DNA from: Gonapodya sp. JEL0774
Lineage: Eukaryota
Direction of reading: 5' to 3'
Assembly (NCBI GenBank): GCA_027604505.1
Contig: JADIIX010000048.1
Location: forward strand, 1 to 64,000
DNA length: 64,000 bases
Part shown: piece by piece, positions 1 to 12,900 of the stretch
How positions within the stretch are numbered: the stretch's first letter is position 1
How the letters are laid out: each line of letters starts with the position of its first letter
Program-made: the position numbers and the translations under genes
Notes under the pieces: generated by a model
Seen by the model: only the letters and a program-made list of their open reading frames with translations
Database searches by the model: none
Told to the model about the DNA's origin: nothing

Positions 1-1528
1 AGGCGCTCGGCAGAGGATTCTGCAGATTCACGAAGACATTAAGAGATTTGATGACGTTCCAGAGTTTGATGCGGGCGTGGAGGTGTCTGATCGAGAGTGG
101 AGGATGATTTCTCGTAATGGATCTCTTCAAGATCCCGAATTTCATCGCGCCGGGGTCAGAGATTGCGCAAAAGACAAAAACGTCAACTAAACAAAGGAAA
201 AACTGGAACTATGAAGAGGGAGAAGATGAAATGGAGGAAAGTGCGATCGGCGGTCAATACTACAGTTCTGGTAGGAAGAAGGGTGCTGGCAGAAAATCTC
301 CCCTGGTTTTACAAGCAATCTACGACGCTGCCTTAGAGTACGTTGCTACGTCCGTCTTTCGATTGCGGCTCCTCTCTGCTGCGATCGAAGCGCTCGGTCA
401 GGCCGAAGGTGCCTTGAGCGACGCGGCCCTCGTGGCAACTTTCGCTCGCGTCGAGTCATTTGCTTTTGGATTGGATCTTCCCTCCACGCCCAAGGAAGTC
501 GAATCGCAAGGGTGGATCGACAGTGCCCAGGTTGGAGAGGAGCGTAGGGTGCCGCAGGTGGATCCGGAGATAGCAGTCCAGTACGTCGAGTGCCTCAAGG
601 CGTGGTACATATCGAGTATCGCCAAGACTGTGATAGCGTCTTGTGACAGACTCGGACAACTGTTGGATGAGATGAGACGTTCGCACAGTGGCCTGTTGAA
701 CTGGGAAGATATCGAGCTCGCGGTTAATGGTTTGGCCAAAGACTTCCTTTCTGGCGAAACTTTTGATTGTCTTGGAACAACAGAGCTCGGAGAGACAGAG
801 GTCAAGAAAACAGTTGAAATGGTGGTGCATCACAAGGTGAGATGACTCGGGGATACAACCCTGACTGATTCCTCAATTTTCCTTTCATCTATAAGTTCGC
901 ACGGCAAGTCGATCCCCAGATAGCCGAATTCGAACCCTTCTCCAGACCTTTCTACGGATGGTACGTGTACAGTAAGAGAGCACTCGTCCATTCTCAAAGT
1001 AAAGGCAGCTTCTCTCCTTACTTCAGCACCAAACATGAAAAACTCGAGAGAATTCTAAAACAGAGTGTCCATAAATTTGTTGCCGAGAGGTTCGCCCTCA
1101 ACAATCTGACAACGCCATGGAAAACTGCTGCTCATCAATGGCCGAGAAGCGAGGTGATCACAGAGTCAGAGCAACATTTCTTCCAACACTTACAGGTCCC
1201 GGATACAGCAGGAGTGTCTACGACTCTAGCAGAGCTTGCGGAATGGAACCTGGGAAGCGCACCGGAAGTGAGCCACATCGAACATGATCCACCCTTGTCC
1301 ACAGATGCTGGTGGAGTAGATATCTCACAAGGAGCCATCTTCTTCTTCCAAAAAGAGGACGCTTCAGCAAAGCCAACATTGTTCCAAGTGCCACGGACAT
1401 TGTGGGAAAGGATTGATCGGGAGATTTGGCGCCGGGTGATGGGGAGTGATCGGCTGCATCGGATTTGCTTCCGGGTCCAACAGAAAAGAACATCAGTCGT
1501 GAATACATTATCAAATCCGCCCACATGA
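1..1528 (+). CDS. Hypothetical protein, 3' portion (gene probably starts before the window); weak resemblance to the C-terminal region of eukaryotic RNA-dependent RNA polymerases
   Basis: ORF 117-836 joins in phase 0 across a GT..AG intron (837-895) to an exon 896-1528 ending in TGA (...VVHHK|FARQVDPQ...). The exon structure upstream of ~200 is unresolved. Confidence 0.6.
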
Positions 1529-1735
1529 AATAATGATGACAAATTGAAGGCTTCATGAGGGTGCAATAATTGATTATTATGCACTTGTGCCCGAATAGCG
1601 TGGTGGCAATAACGTGACGACCGGTCGTTACCAATCTAGAGATATGTGAAAACTATCCAAGAGAAGCGACCGAGGTGCAAGAACAAGATGTGACGTGAAT
1701 TGGTCACTGGGGAACTCGTGATTTGACTCGCACGC

Positions 1736-3904
1736 ATGGATACCACCGATCAAATTATCACGGTGTGCATTGGGCAGTGTGGTAACCAAATCGGACTCGC
1801 TTTTCTGGACGCGCTTGCTTCCTTCTATAGTCTTTCGAAGCTGCGGAATCGATCAGCGAGTGATGGGGATCGTTGTGAACTTCCGTCCCCAGCCACACGG
1901 TTTTTCAGGGTGACTCCAATTCGACAAGTACCTAAATCTGAGTTAGGAAGTCTGGGCCGGCTCGAGACGGACGCAACTCCTCATGGAGCCCGGCAAGATG
2001 AATCGGGAGACGATGGTCTTTCACGGGCATCGGTTCTCTCAAAAGGAAGAATGATGTCAGGGTCGCAAAAATCCGCATTTGATTCCCATAAAGTAGTATC
2101 TTCTTCCAGTGTGCCAACGAAAGCCAACAGAAGGGGGACACCTTCGGCCAGTCAGTCACAACGGTCAAGCAACCCCAACTCATTTCCAAGAGATCGAGTA
2201 CCTCTTAAATCGAAACTTCAAAAGGACACCGAAACAATTGGACGGATTTCAAGCTCTCCCACTAAAGGAAACGTCGTGTCTCACTCACCCTTCACGGCAC
2301 GTGCGATAGTGATCGACACAGAGGCAAAAGTGCTTAGGCACATTTCAGAGCGAGCCGCGCGGACCAAGTCATGGCAGTATGCGGACGAGAACAAAAAGTG
2401 TTCAGCCAAAACCGGAGCAGCGAACAACTGGGCTTTTGGGTGAGTGACTTTCGCTGTGACACGGAATCCAAACACGAGGCTAAGTCAATCAAAAATGACA
2501 TCTGTGCATCCTGAGTTATTATGGTCACGGCCCAAGCACCTTCGAAATGGTTGCCGCTGCAATTAAGACAGAGGTTCAACTCTGCACAAATTTCTCGGGA
2601 TTCCTCGTGATCCAAAGTCTAGCTGGTGGAACCGGCTCTGGCCTAGGTTCGTTTGACGCGACTTTTGGGCATAATTCGGGAAGATTGGTCATGGTCCCAG
2701 TCATTTGCTCGTTTCCTGCTCCATAGGCTCATATATGACAGAGAATCTCAGAAAATCTTATCCGGAAGCTTTGATTGTGAACTTGGTTGTCTGGCCATTC
2801 CGTGCGGGGGAGGTGATCGTCCAAAACTACAATATAGTGTTCTCAATATCGCACCTTTACAAAGTAAGTTCCATGCCTAGAAATCAACAGCTCTTGATGG
2901 ATGATTGGAAGGCGTCTCGTAACATGGCAGGTGTCCGACACCATACTGGTTCTCCGCAATGACGATTTGCATCAAATCTGCTGCAAGCGACTCGGGCTCG
3001 ACAAAGTCTCCTTTGATGATATGAATCATGTGATCGCATACACACTTCTGAATATTTTCCACACAACCACACCTAGACCGGTGGGAGCTATTCCTCTTGT
3101 TGAGCCTTCGAACAGTGGGGTTGGACCAAACCTCGTGTACAGCAAATCAGGCCATCCTGTCGCGGGGACATTGTTTCGCGCGCTCTTTGAGCATCTATGC
3201 AAGCATCGAGCTTTCAAGATGGTCACTGTGCGATACACACCTCAGGTGCGAGAGAGAGAGGTGTGCTGTCACCACCACGTTTTACATTTATTCTGTGCCT
3301 TATACCAGGTTCCTTCACACGCGATTTCATATTCCGTGTTCACGTGGCCTAGTTTGTTGAAACAGCTTTCACTGATGCAGCTGACGGATGCACCCATCGA
3401 TGAAAACCTGAATGGGACACAAGGCACAGTCCCACACAATTATACGCGATGTGTTGCTCAAGTTTTAATCCTGCGTGGCCTTCCGCGGGATGATTTTGTT
3501 GATTTGCGGGAGATGGTAACGCAGTCCCGCTACACTGCCTGGGCTCGAGATCCCCTACTGGTGTGTTCGGCAAGAGACTCTATCAGTTATGAAAAGTCAG
3601 CGCTGCTTTTGAGGTAGTTACGGAACTGCTTGGACTACTCCCACTTGCTGAAGCCCTCTTGTCCGGACAGTAATTCGACAGCCCTCCTTCCCGACATGGC
3701 TCAAGTTCTTGAGAAAGTGTACCACATGTATTACCGAAACGCGTTTATTCATCACTACCTGCGATTTGGAATGACGGAAACTAATGTGGAGAAAGCTATC
3801 ATCTTTTTCGGCAAAGGTACGTTGATTTATGATTTTGTCAGGTACAGTTATCTTACGGTGTGTGTTTGTGTGTCTCAGTCGTCACGGCATATCGTGGAAT
3901 GTAG
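1736..3904 (+). CDS. TUBD1: Delta-tubulin
   Basis: Exons 1736-2439, 2516-2646, 2727-2863, 2931-3245, 3309-3613, 3671-3816 and 3879-3904 all join in frame. Motifs: IITVCIGQCGNQIG, ARAIVIDTEAKV, W-x-Y...GAANNWAFGY, SLAGGTGSGLGS, the delta-specific VWPF-x-x-GEVIVQNYN, and AFIHHYLRFG near a short C-terminus without an acidic tail. Confidence 0.92.
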
Positions 3905-3956
3905 TTTAGATTGTACGAGAAATTAATTGCAAACACAGTGTAAATATGTACATTAG

Positions 3957-6900
3957 TCACAACCAAGGAATCCAGGTAATGTCCATCTGCGCCAGGTTGT
4001 GCGGATTTGTGGAGGCAGATATTAAATCTATAATCGTCTGGTTGACCGGTATGCTCGCTTCCACACTTTGCTAAGAATTTGCAAAAGAGTGTTTCAGAAT
4101 GGGAATGACAAACCCATTCAAAAAACAGAATCAAATTAGATTAACATCAAATAGCCGGAGAAGCAGAATATACCTTTTCTCGTTCAACACGGCACGAAAG
4201 GGATGATATTCGCTTTGAGATTAGGTCCACATTATTCGATATGGCGTCCTTCAGTTGTTGTTCCGTCGCAAGCGCTTTGTTGTAAGCGAACACATTTGAG
4301 GCGCCCAAGGTGACAAGCTCATCCCGCATGAACAGCACAGTGTAGTCCTCGACGTCGAACTGCGATTATCAATAAATTGTGAAGTAGTGACACATTCTAC
4401 CTCCGGAACACCACCAACCTCAGGCTCCGCTAGGGACCGTGCGATAGCCATCAATGAGCTGGTGAAAACCCCTTCTATTCCAGCTTTTGTCATGAAAGTC
4501 TGTATGTTCGGTGTCAAACGGAATGGAACTTTCTCGCTGGCTCCTAATAAAGCGCTTGATCCTGTAGGAGTTGCTGTGTCACGAGAATACAAAGAATAAT
4601 GAGGTTCTGTCGTTCGCTCATTAATATCAGTAAGACAACGGAAGCCCGTACCCGAATGGAGTTCTGTTGCCCAAATGTTTCCCGTCTTACAGGAGATAAC
4701 AATTCGAATGGGAAATCGCGGACCGATACCCATCACGTACGACATGAAGGTCATTGACGCATACTGCTGGGTGAACTGCTTCCTCAAAGCCCAGAGATCG
4801 GAGTAACTTTCCATTTTCGACGCCATGAACTTTGTTTATCGAACAGGACGTCATTTCAGATCATTCGACCATGGAGAATGGATAACTTTGATCCCCACCT
4901 TTTGTAGCATTGTGTCTGGGGCCATTTTGGAACTGATGTGATCCAGAATTTCAATTTTTGAATTGGTAAGCTCCGCTTTCTGTTGGAAGACAGTGAGTGC
5001 ATGCTTCACGTTGAATAGGGATTTGCAGTTACCAGTTTTTTGATATTGGTTCCATCCGTCATTGGAGGCAGACTCTTCGCCATTTCACCAAGTGTTTTGA
5101 TGTAGTAAACTGTGGGCTCGTCCTTGTACAGTTGAACCGCTTCACAATGATCCTCGTATATTTCATACAGGGATTGATACGAGGGATCGTCTTGCACAAG
5201 ACGAACCTGTTGTGATAGAGGAACGATGCAAGGAACGTGGAAGTAAAGCCTTCGACGTCGGGCTTCCTTTTTCCGTTCGAGAACGCTTCGCACATAGTTA
5301 TTAACGATATGAAGGAATTTTTGAACGCGATTGTGCTTACGTGTTGAGTATCCGGAAAAGTTGAAGAATGCGTTCCTCCCGACGACCCTGTCGAGTCGCT
5401 GGGTTCTGTACCAAGAATGGGTGCAGAGTTCCGCTGAAAGATTGGTGGCGATAGTGAACGACGCGCCTCATTGGACACAAAGTGGCTTCGTACGTACTCA
5501 TGTCCGCGGATTGTCAATCTGCGAAGACATAATCCATAAGATCTCACTATTTCAACATCTGGCTGGAAACGGTCTATTCGAATGAAGTCCAAATTACTGT
5601 CCTTATGCTGCAGTGATGGATACGGAACTGCCCGTGAGCTGGAGACGGCGCGAAATCACGATCACCACGAACCAGCAGATATTGGCCAGGAATCTCAATC
5701 TCGTCGAATTTCTGATGCTCAAACTCTACCAAATAGTGAGAGTAATGCTCCAGATGTGCTCGGCGAGAACGGCTCTCAAGCAGTTGCTCCAACTTGTCGC
5801 GCCAGTCTCGAAATTTTGCCGTTACTTCCACCAACGTGGGCTTCGTCTTAATAAAATCTTGTTCAAAAGCAACCTTATACTGTTGTGTGAGGGTTAAGTT
5901 TCCTGGTGTTCAATGGCAAGACCCGTTACTCGACATAGATGTCTTGGATCCTCACCTTGCTGTGCGAGATATGATTCATGCCATCTGCCAGTCTCTGCAA
6001 GTTTTGTTCCATTATCTTGGGGGGGGGAGCTGAGTTATCAGTTCCAATCTTCTGCGCAAGATTCTGTCCCGGGCCATAAAGATTATACATTGACGTCGGC
6101 CGGGGCCCGCAAATCCTGTCTCACCTGCACACCGTCGTTGAGAAGAGCAGCGATAAGTCTGTACATATCGTCATCGGCAGTGGGTTTCAACTTCTGTATT
6201 ATTTGATCAACCATTGTCTCCATGGACAACGCCAAAAGTGGGAAAGCTGTTTTCAGCATCGAATGAATCTCCTCAATTAGCTCCCATGGCAGTTTTTTGA
6301 CGGGAGGAGGAGTAGTTTCCTAAAAACGGTTGAAGAATCGATATTCGTCAGATCATCTTTTAACAACCAAGGAAAAAGGAAAGAAACAGAAAAACGAAGC
6401 GACACATAAACAAAAAAAGAAATAAACAAAATCTCATAATCACATCTGTTTCCATTGGAGTTGGTTGTGTTGAACGACTAGGACCGGCTGGGTCCGCACC
6501 TTGCTCCCCATCAGCCGTCTCAGAGCTTTGGGCCAACGATACCGGTTTCACATCGCCTTCACCACTTTGAACTGCTGCGGAACCGTTGGATGGTGCAGTA
6601 CTCTCCGCATTGTTTTGGGTAGTACCGGTAGGATGGGACTGAACATTGTGAAGGTGGGCTGCAGTCTTTCTGTTCGCGGCATGCTCCTCCCTCGCTGTTC
6701 GAAGGTGGAAATGCAAAGCCTGCAATTTAAATATTGAAGATAACCGCTCCATTTTTCAATCTATCATAGGGGCGCTCTCACCTGGGGATACTGCTTTGCG
6801 ATTTTCTTCAGAATAGTACTTGCGTGACGATTTTCCTTATTGGACAGCGCCATCAGAAGTTGTGGGATCCTAGTATGCAAATGTGGAGTAAGAGGCTCTC

Positions 6901-9900
6901 AAGATCGGAACACATGGGTTACGGCTTCATCTCACCATATGATCCAGAACCAAGTCGGATACTCTCCCTTGAACGCGTCGAATGCTTTGTACAATCCGTC
7001 GTTCCCGTCATCAAAGCTCAACAACCAAATGACCCGCGCAATATACTTCCTTGAACGGGCATTTTTGTATAAGCCCGCTGCTTGCATGTAACAATTAATA
7101 GCATTGGCGCCCCACTTCAACTCTGTCGGCTGCTCCTTAAACATTCTATCATTATACTGACCCCATGCCGCCCAGGCCTTAGGCGCATTCATCTCTATTT
7201 GCGAGGCTGAAGAAAATGCTTGATTTGCCTCTTCATGAAGCTGCAATTTGGATAAGAACTGTCCCTTCAGAGTGAAGAATTCGGCTTTCTGTTGTGAGTT
7301 GAAATACACAAGATTGGTGTTGTTGATGACGTCAAGACCAGACGCATACTCGGTCGGGGACTGGAAGTGGCATTTTGCTTGCTCTCGTAGCTTATAAAAT
7401 GCTTCCTGGATTTCGATGTTCGGAAGGGTATAAATACGACTCAGGGAGCTGATGCACACGTCCGTCAATCCTTGCTTGCGGGCAACGTGAGCAAACCGGT
7501 TGATAATCCAAGCAGTCTCGTGATAACCGCGATACCCATAGGAGCTTGAAGGATTGGTGCCGCTGCCACCTTGAGACAATAGTGGCAGCAGCGGGAGGTA
7601 TGAGCGATTGATGGTTGAGAAGATGTGCTGCCGCCATGATACAAGATCACTCCAGAGGTTAATGTCCTCGAATTGGTTGGGCAGTCTTTCTCGCCTGGTT
7701 GAGAGCAGTGATGGCAACCGTGTACAACATGGAAAGAATACAAAACAGCTCCAGCTTACCATGTCTGAAGAAGTCCCTTAAGCTCTTGGGACTTCCCGTC
7801 GATGTTGGTTTCGTTCGTAGCCGCAAGATTGCTTTGTATGTGGAGTGCTTCCGTCAGTTCAACCTGCTGCTGAAAGTGGTGCAGTAATGGCACGTGCGAA
7901 TTGGATACGATGTCTGGGAGCGAAATCCACTTTCGAAGAGACAATTGCACTCCCTTTTTTCGATCGACGGTATTCCAAAATGGGGAAGTGACATGAACAT
8001 TTTCAGATCACTCACTTCTTCGTAACTCTTTTGAAAATCTTGAGCTTTGTCTGGCTGTAGTAACAGAAAAGCTTCGAAAAATTTTCTTCGGGAGTGAAAT
8101 GCGTCCGGAAGGGCCATGACGTTCTGTTGCAGATTTTCCTTGTCGGCAGTCCAATCGGAGATGCGCCACGCGCATTCTAACAGTAACTCCACATTACCCT
8201 CCATTCTACTGAAATCTGCCAAAATGTCCCACTGTTGAAGCTTTTGAGTACAATTCACCCAGTGGTCCTCCCACAGGTAATACTCCCCTTCGGAGAACGC
8301 GAGCACACCTGTTTTTGCCTTGGCTTGAGCCGCTTCATAGAGTCCTTGAGCTTGAGTCCACATCCCCATTTGCTCGTAGGATAACGCAGCATTAGTTTCA
8401 GAATAAATACAACTGTCGGTAGCGCTAAAGTGAGACACAGTAGAGATTCTAGGAGGGAGATGTACAAACCGTCTTCTCCATAACCCAAAGAGATAATCCT
8501 CCTCATTGATTCCACCATAAAGTTCTGCTAGCGCGTCCAGTGTCAATTCTCGAATTTTCTCTTCTTCTTTCGTTGACGAAACGATAGCAGTTTTCGTATC
8601 TGATGCAGCCAAATTTTCCAGCAGTGATATAGATATATGCCAGGCATTAAACGTCTTTCCTAGGTATTTCACAAGAGCAGGAGGCAATTGTGCGGCTGGT
8701 ATACATCGAGCAAGGCCTTCCAAAAGACATTGAACGACATTGGGCCGCATTTGACTCTGCTTCGCGTGAAAATCCTTGGCAAGGATCGGAACAAAAACCT
8801 TCATTAAGTCATGTCGCTCCTTGTTGCTTAACATACCCCAACAGAGTGGAAACATCGAGACCCAAATCCGATATGTTGCCAGAGTGTCGATGTGAAGGAG
8901 ATTTCTCAGCGGTGTGATCAAATCTGAAATAGGACGACTACCTATCTCCTCGACAAAGCCAACAATATGTTGGTTGAACAGTTCCTGGAACTCGTGATGA
9001 GACTGGTTGCTCTCGTGGACTGCTTCAAATGGAACTTGCTGCAGTAATGCCAGTGACATAACTCTTGCGGACGTCGGAGCTTTCCCCAATTTTCCAAATT
9101 GTACAAAAGAGCTCAAAAGAAGGTCTGTGGTGATGTGCACCCAGAAATAATCTCCCAGAGCTTCCCAGTTTTGTACGCCGAGCATGTAATTCAGCCGCGG
9201 AAAGAGGGCGGTCCTAGATAGAAGAAGAATCCCGGAGGATTACGGAACAGAAGGTTGCTGATAAGTAAAGTAATGGTTCTTACCTGATACTGGAATCCAA
9301 CAGTCTGATAAATCGCTGGCGCATATGCGGATTCTCATTTCGACACGCTGCAAGGAATGCGTGTTCCAATTTGACCGTAAGCTCGGACTTTGCGAATGAT
9401 GCGTCTGAGTATATGTCGGCGACAAGTGTAAGATAACGTTCCATCAAAGTTTTGTCACTTCTGTGATCAAGCTTATCACCGCGTCTTTGCTCGATTGTCA
9501 TCAGCCTTAACATCAAGGCAGCCTTCTCCTTCAGGAAACGGTTTCAGTATTAATTGAAGCAAAAGATGGATATCGCGCGACGCACGAACTTTTATAGTGG
9601 GGAAGGACTCCGATTTGGCCATTACCCATTCAGATACGAGATCCAAAATAGCACGAAGAACTTCCACGTCTGTGGATTTTTCGATTAGCTGCATCAATGT
9701 GAGAAGTAGAGACCTCCTGTTCTCAGATGCCATCGTAGAGACGCGCAACTTCAATAAGTTCAGTAATGCTATCACCACTGCACCACTAGCTTCCGAGCTA
9801 GTAGAGAAGGCCTGGGCTAAAATCGCTCGTTGCTCTTGACTGCCTGATCCGACGTCCTTGACAGGCATCGGCGCTGGTGGAGTAATGTGGTCTTTAACTA

Positions 9901-12900
9901 ATTTCTGGAAAAGCTTTGACAGGCTCTGGATATTTGAGTCAAGAACTTCTGGTCGGCCTTTTGTCGAAGCTGTGAGAAGGCTGACGATGGACACAGGGTT
10001 CGATAAAGTAGTGAGACCGTTTTGAATTAGTGTGTCCACCATTTTGGTGAACAAATTATAGTCGGTTGCATTACGATCTTGAATCAGAGCTGAGTTTCGA
10101 TATATAATTTCCACAATTGGTTCGACACATGAAACCACACGAGGATTTTCACTGCGCAGAAGAGGTCCCAGGATCGTGTACAGATTGCCCACGTTGGCGA
10201 CGAACCAGTCCGGATCCTTTGACTCGGCAATCCAAAAGAGTAACTCCAGCGCATTCGATTGTACCAAAACTATGGACTCATTGTTTGGCTCAGAAGCGAA
10301 CACTTTCTGAAATGTCAGGGGGTTGAAATTGACATCTGGCCAAATTATCAAGAGTTCCTTCACCAGGGTCGCCACACGATGACTAAAGCCTTTCTTGTGA
10401 ATAGCATCCGGAAGCGAAGTCAAGAAACGTGTCGCGAAGGAGATCACCGTTTCCTTCAGACCTAATGGCAGTGAATCCCGGTGACTTGTTGACACTCTTC
10501 GCACACCCTCCCCAGCCGAGACAGCCGCTCCAGAGTCCAAGTGCTGTCGTTTAGTAGGAGGTCCTTCCTGGAGTTGAGCAGCGGCAGCGTTGCGCTTCGC
10601 TGTAATCTGGATATTGGAAGAATCTGGCATTTCAGTATCTTCGTGTATGTCTGAAATCCTCCGCCGTTCCCATTCGAGGATCAACTCTACAAGATCAATC
10701 GATAGAACCTTCCAATCTTGTGTTGCGTTTGGATGAATTCCTAACTTGACCAAATTTTGTATGATTAAAGGAAGAAAATCCCCTCGATTGTTATAGTAAA
10801 GATGATTGTGGCGAACGATCACAGTGTAAACATTGACCTGTTGAGGAATGTTATTCGCTTCATCAACCAATATTTTGCGACTCCACCTGTGCATCAATAG
10901 GGGAAGTGGCGAATTACCCACTGCAAGTCACAACGGGACAACTCCGACTATACCTGATCCATGGCGGGTCGTCGCCTTTCTGGTCCGCTTGATTTGACGG
11001 CGTCTCGAGTCGCTTCGGCATTACCGGGACTAAAATGTCTAATGCCTGGCGCACAAGAACTTTGTTCTCCGATTGATGGTGTCGAAGCAACGCCACAAAA
11101 ATTTTTATCATTATCCTTGCGGGAGTATCATATTGTTGAATGAAACAAGCCATTCCGACATGGGCACTCATTTTGCAGGTTGGGTCTTCCACTTGCATGA
11201 GATTCCATGCATACTTGGCCAGCGCTTTCCGCCGACGATCACCGATGATATCCTTTCCATACTGGACAAGCAAAGTCGACAGTTGCAGTAATTCGATCTT
11301 CAGGAAATCATCATGATACATGATGGCAACCTTTTCGTCGGAACATGGCACCCAAAGCTTCGCGTGCAGTTTTTCTACAATGTCATTGTCGATGGTATTC
11401 TCGAAACCTGGCTTGCAGAAAGACACATATACAATGGGAATTATAAGTACGCGAAGAGCCTGCACTTTCAAATCTTGAGAAATTGAAGCATCGTCTAATT
11501 TGTCCAAGAACTGATGAATAATTTGACGGCGAAGCTCCACTGGATACTTTAGAGTAACTTCCTCCCACAGAAATCGCTTAAGGAAAGAAAAATCCACAAT
11601 GGTGGGATTCGTAAATGCCTCCACCATATGGAACAGTAGGCTTGTGTCACCAGGTTTTTTACTGCTGTAACTGATGAGGACTTCCATGATAAGACGTGAC
11701 TGTCGGAGACTGTCAAGATCAAGTTTCTCCTCGTCCATTACGTCTTTCTTCCTTTGGGGCGATCTCCAAGCTTGCAACACACAGTCCCAAACATTGCTTC
11801 AAAAATTGCTGGTTAGTCTCTGTGACGCCGCGCTACCTCAGACAATGCGTCATTGCCAAAACAAATGACCTACCTGTTCTCTGTAAGCCATTCAGGCGCA
11901 AGCCCAGCAATCTCCCGGACAATACGAATGCCTTGCTCACGAAGATTCCCGGGAACGTCTCCTGTCACTTCATTCACTTGAAACGTTTTCTCCACAAGCG
12001 TCTCTGGTTTGCTCATTATTTCCACTCTCAGTTTTGTTGCTGACTCCATTCGCAGGATATCAATGAAAAGCTTGCTGATGCGAGAATCTGTGAGTTTCTC
12101 ATACAGGAATTCCACTGCCTGCGTATGATATTGGTTGAGGTATTTGACCAGAGGGGCTCGGAACGGGCTGGAAGCGGTTCTTCTCAACTTCAGTTCCAAA
12201 TCAAGCACAGTGTGCACTAGATCTTCCAAGAACATGTACGCGGACGAAGGAAGGAGGTGGAACACTTCCAGGATCGCGACAATAATTTGTATCTCTGGGA
12301 TCTCCGATAGTGGCTTGCTTGCGAATGTTTCCAAAGGTGGTGCAGCCCACATTTTCATGTGATCCAAAAGTTTCCGGCCGATTTCCACTTTGAAGTAGTT
12401 TGGGAGGAGCTCCAGCAACCGGGCGAGCCCTTCTAATCCTGAGACTGTTAGCTTTTTGTAATCGGAAAGATTGAGTAGAATCGGCCTCAATCCCTGCTGC
12501 AACCATTCTTTGGGTAATTTATGCTAAGGAGCACAAATGAGTAACTCTTAATTCAATTCGAGCAAAACGAAGTCTCAAGAGTACCTGTTGCTGCAGAACC
12601 TGTTGGAGACCTTTGTTAGCGTACTCAACAACTTCTGGGGACTTTGTGTAAAGAGACTTGAAGAAAACTGATATTATCCTATCAGTCGATCAGTGGTGTA
12701 AGGAAATCGAACGGTTGCGATGGAATCTATTCCGCAGATCTCTCACCTCCCACGCGCACTGAGAAGATTTGGTTTAGGATTCAGAAAGTCGGGACAAGCC
12801 ATCGCCGACGACAGTAGTCGGATGCAAACTACTCTTAGTTGCGTCAGGTGATCCATGCTTTTATATGAGGTTCCTTTGCCAGCAAGGGCCTGATCTTCTG

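Noticed and set aside
4590..4830. Missing PIKK catalytic DxxxxN/DFG motifs in TRA1
   Set aside because: Expected: Tra1/TRRAP is a known pseudokinase.
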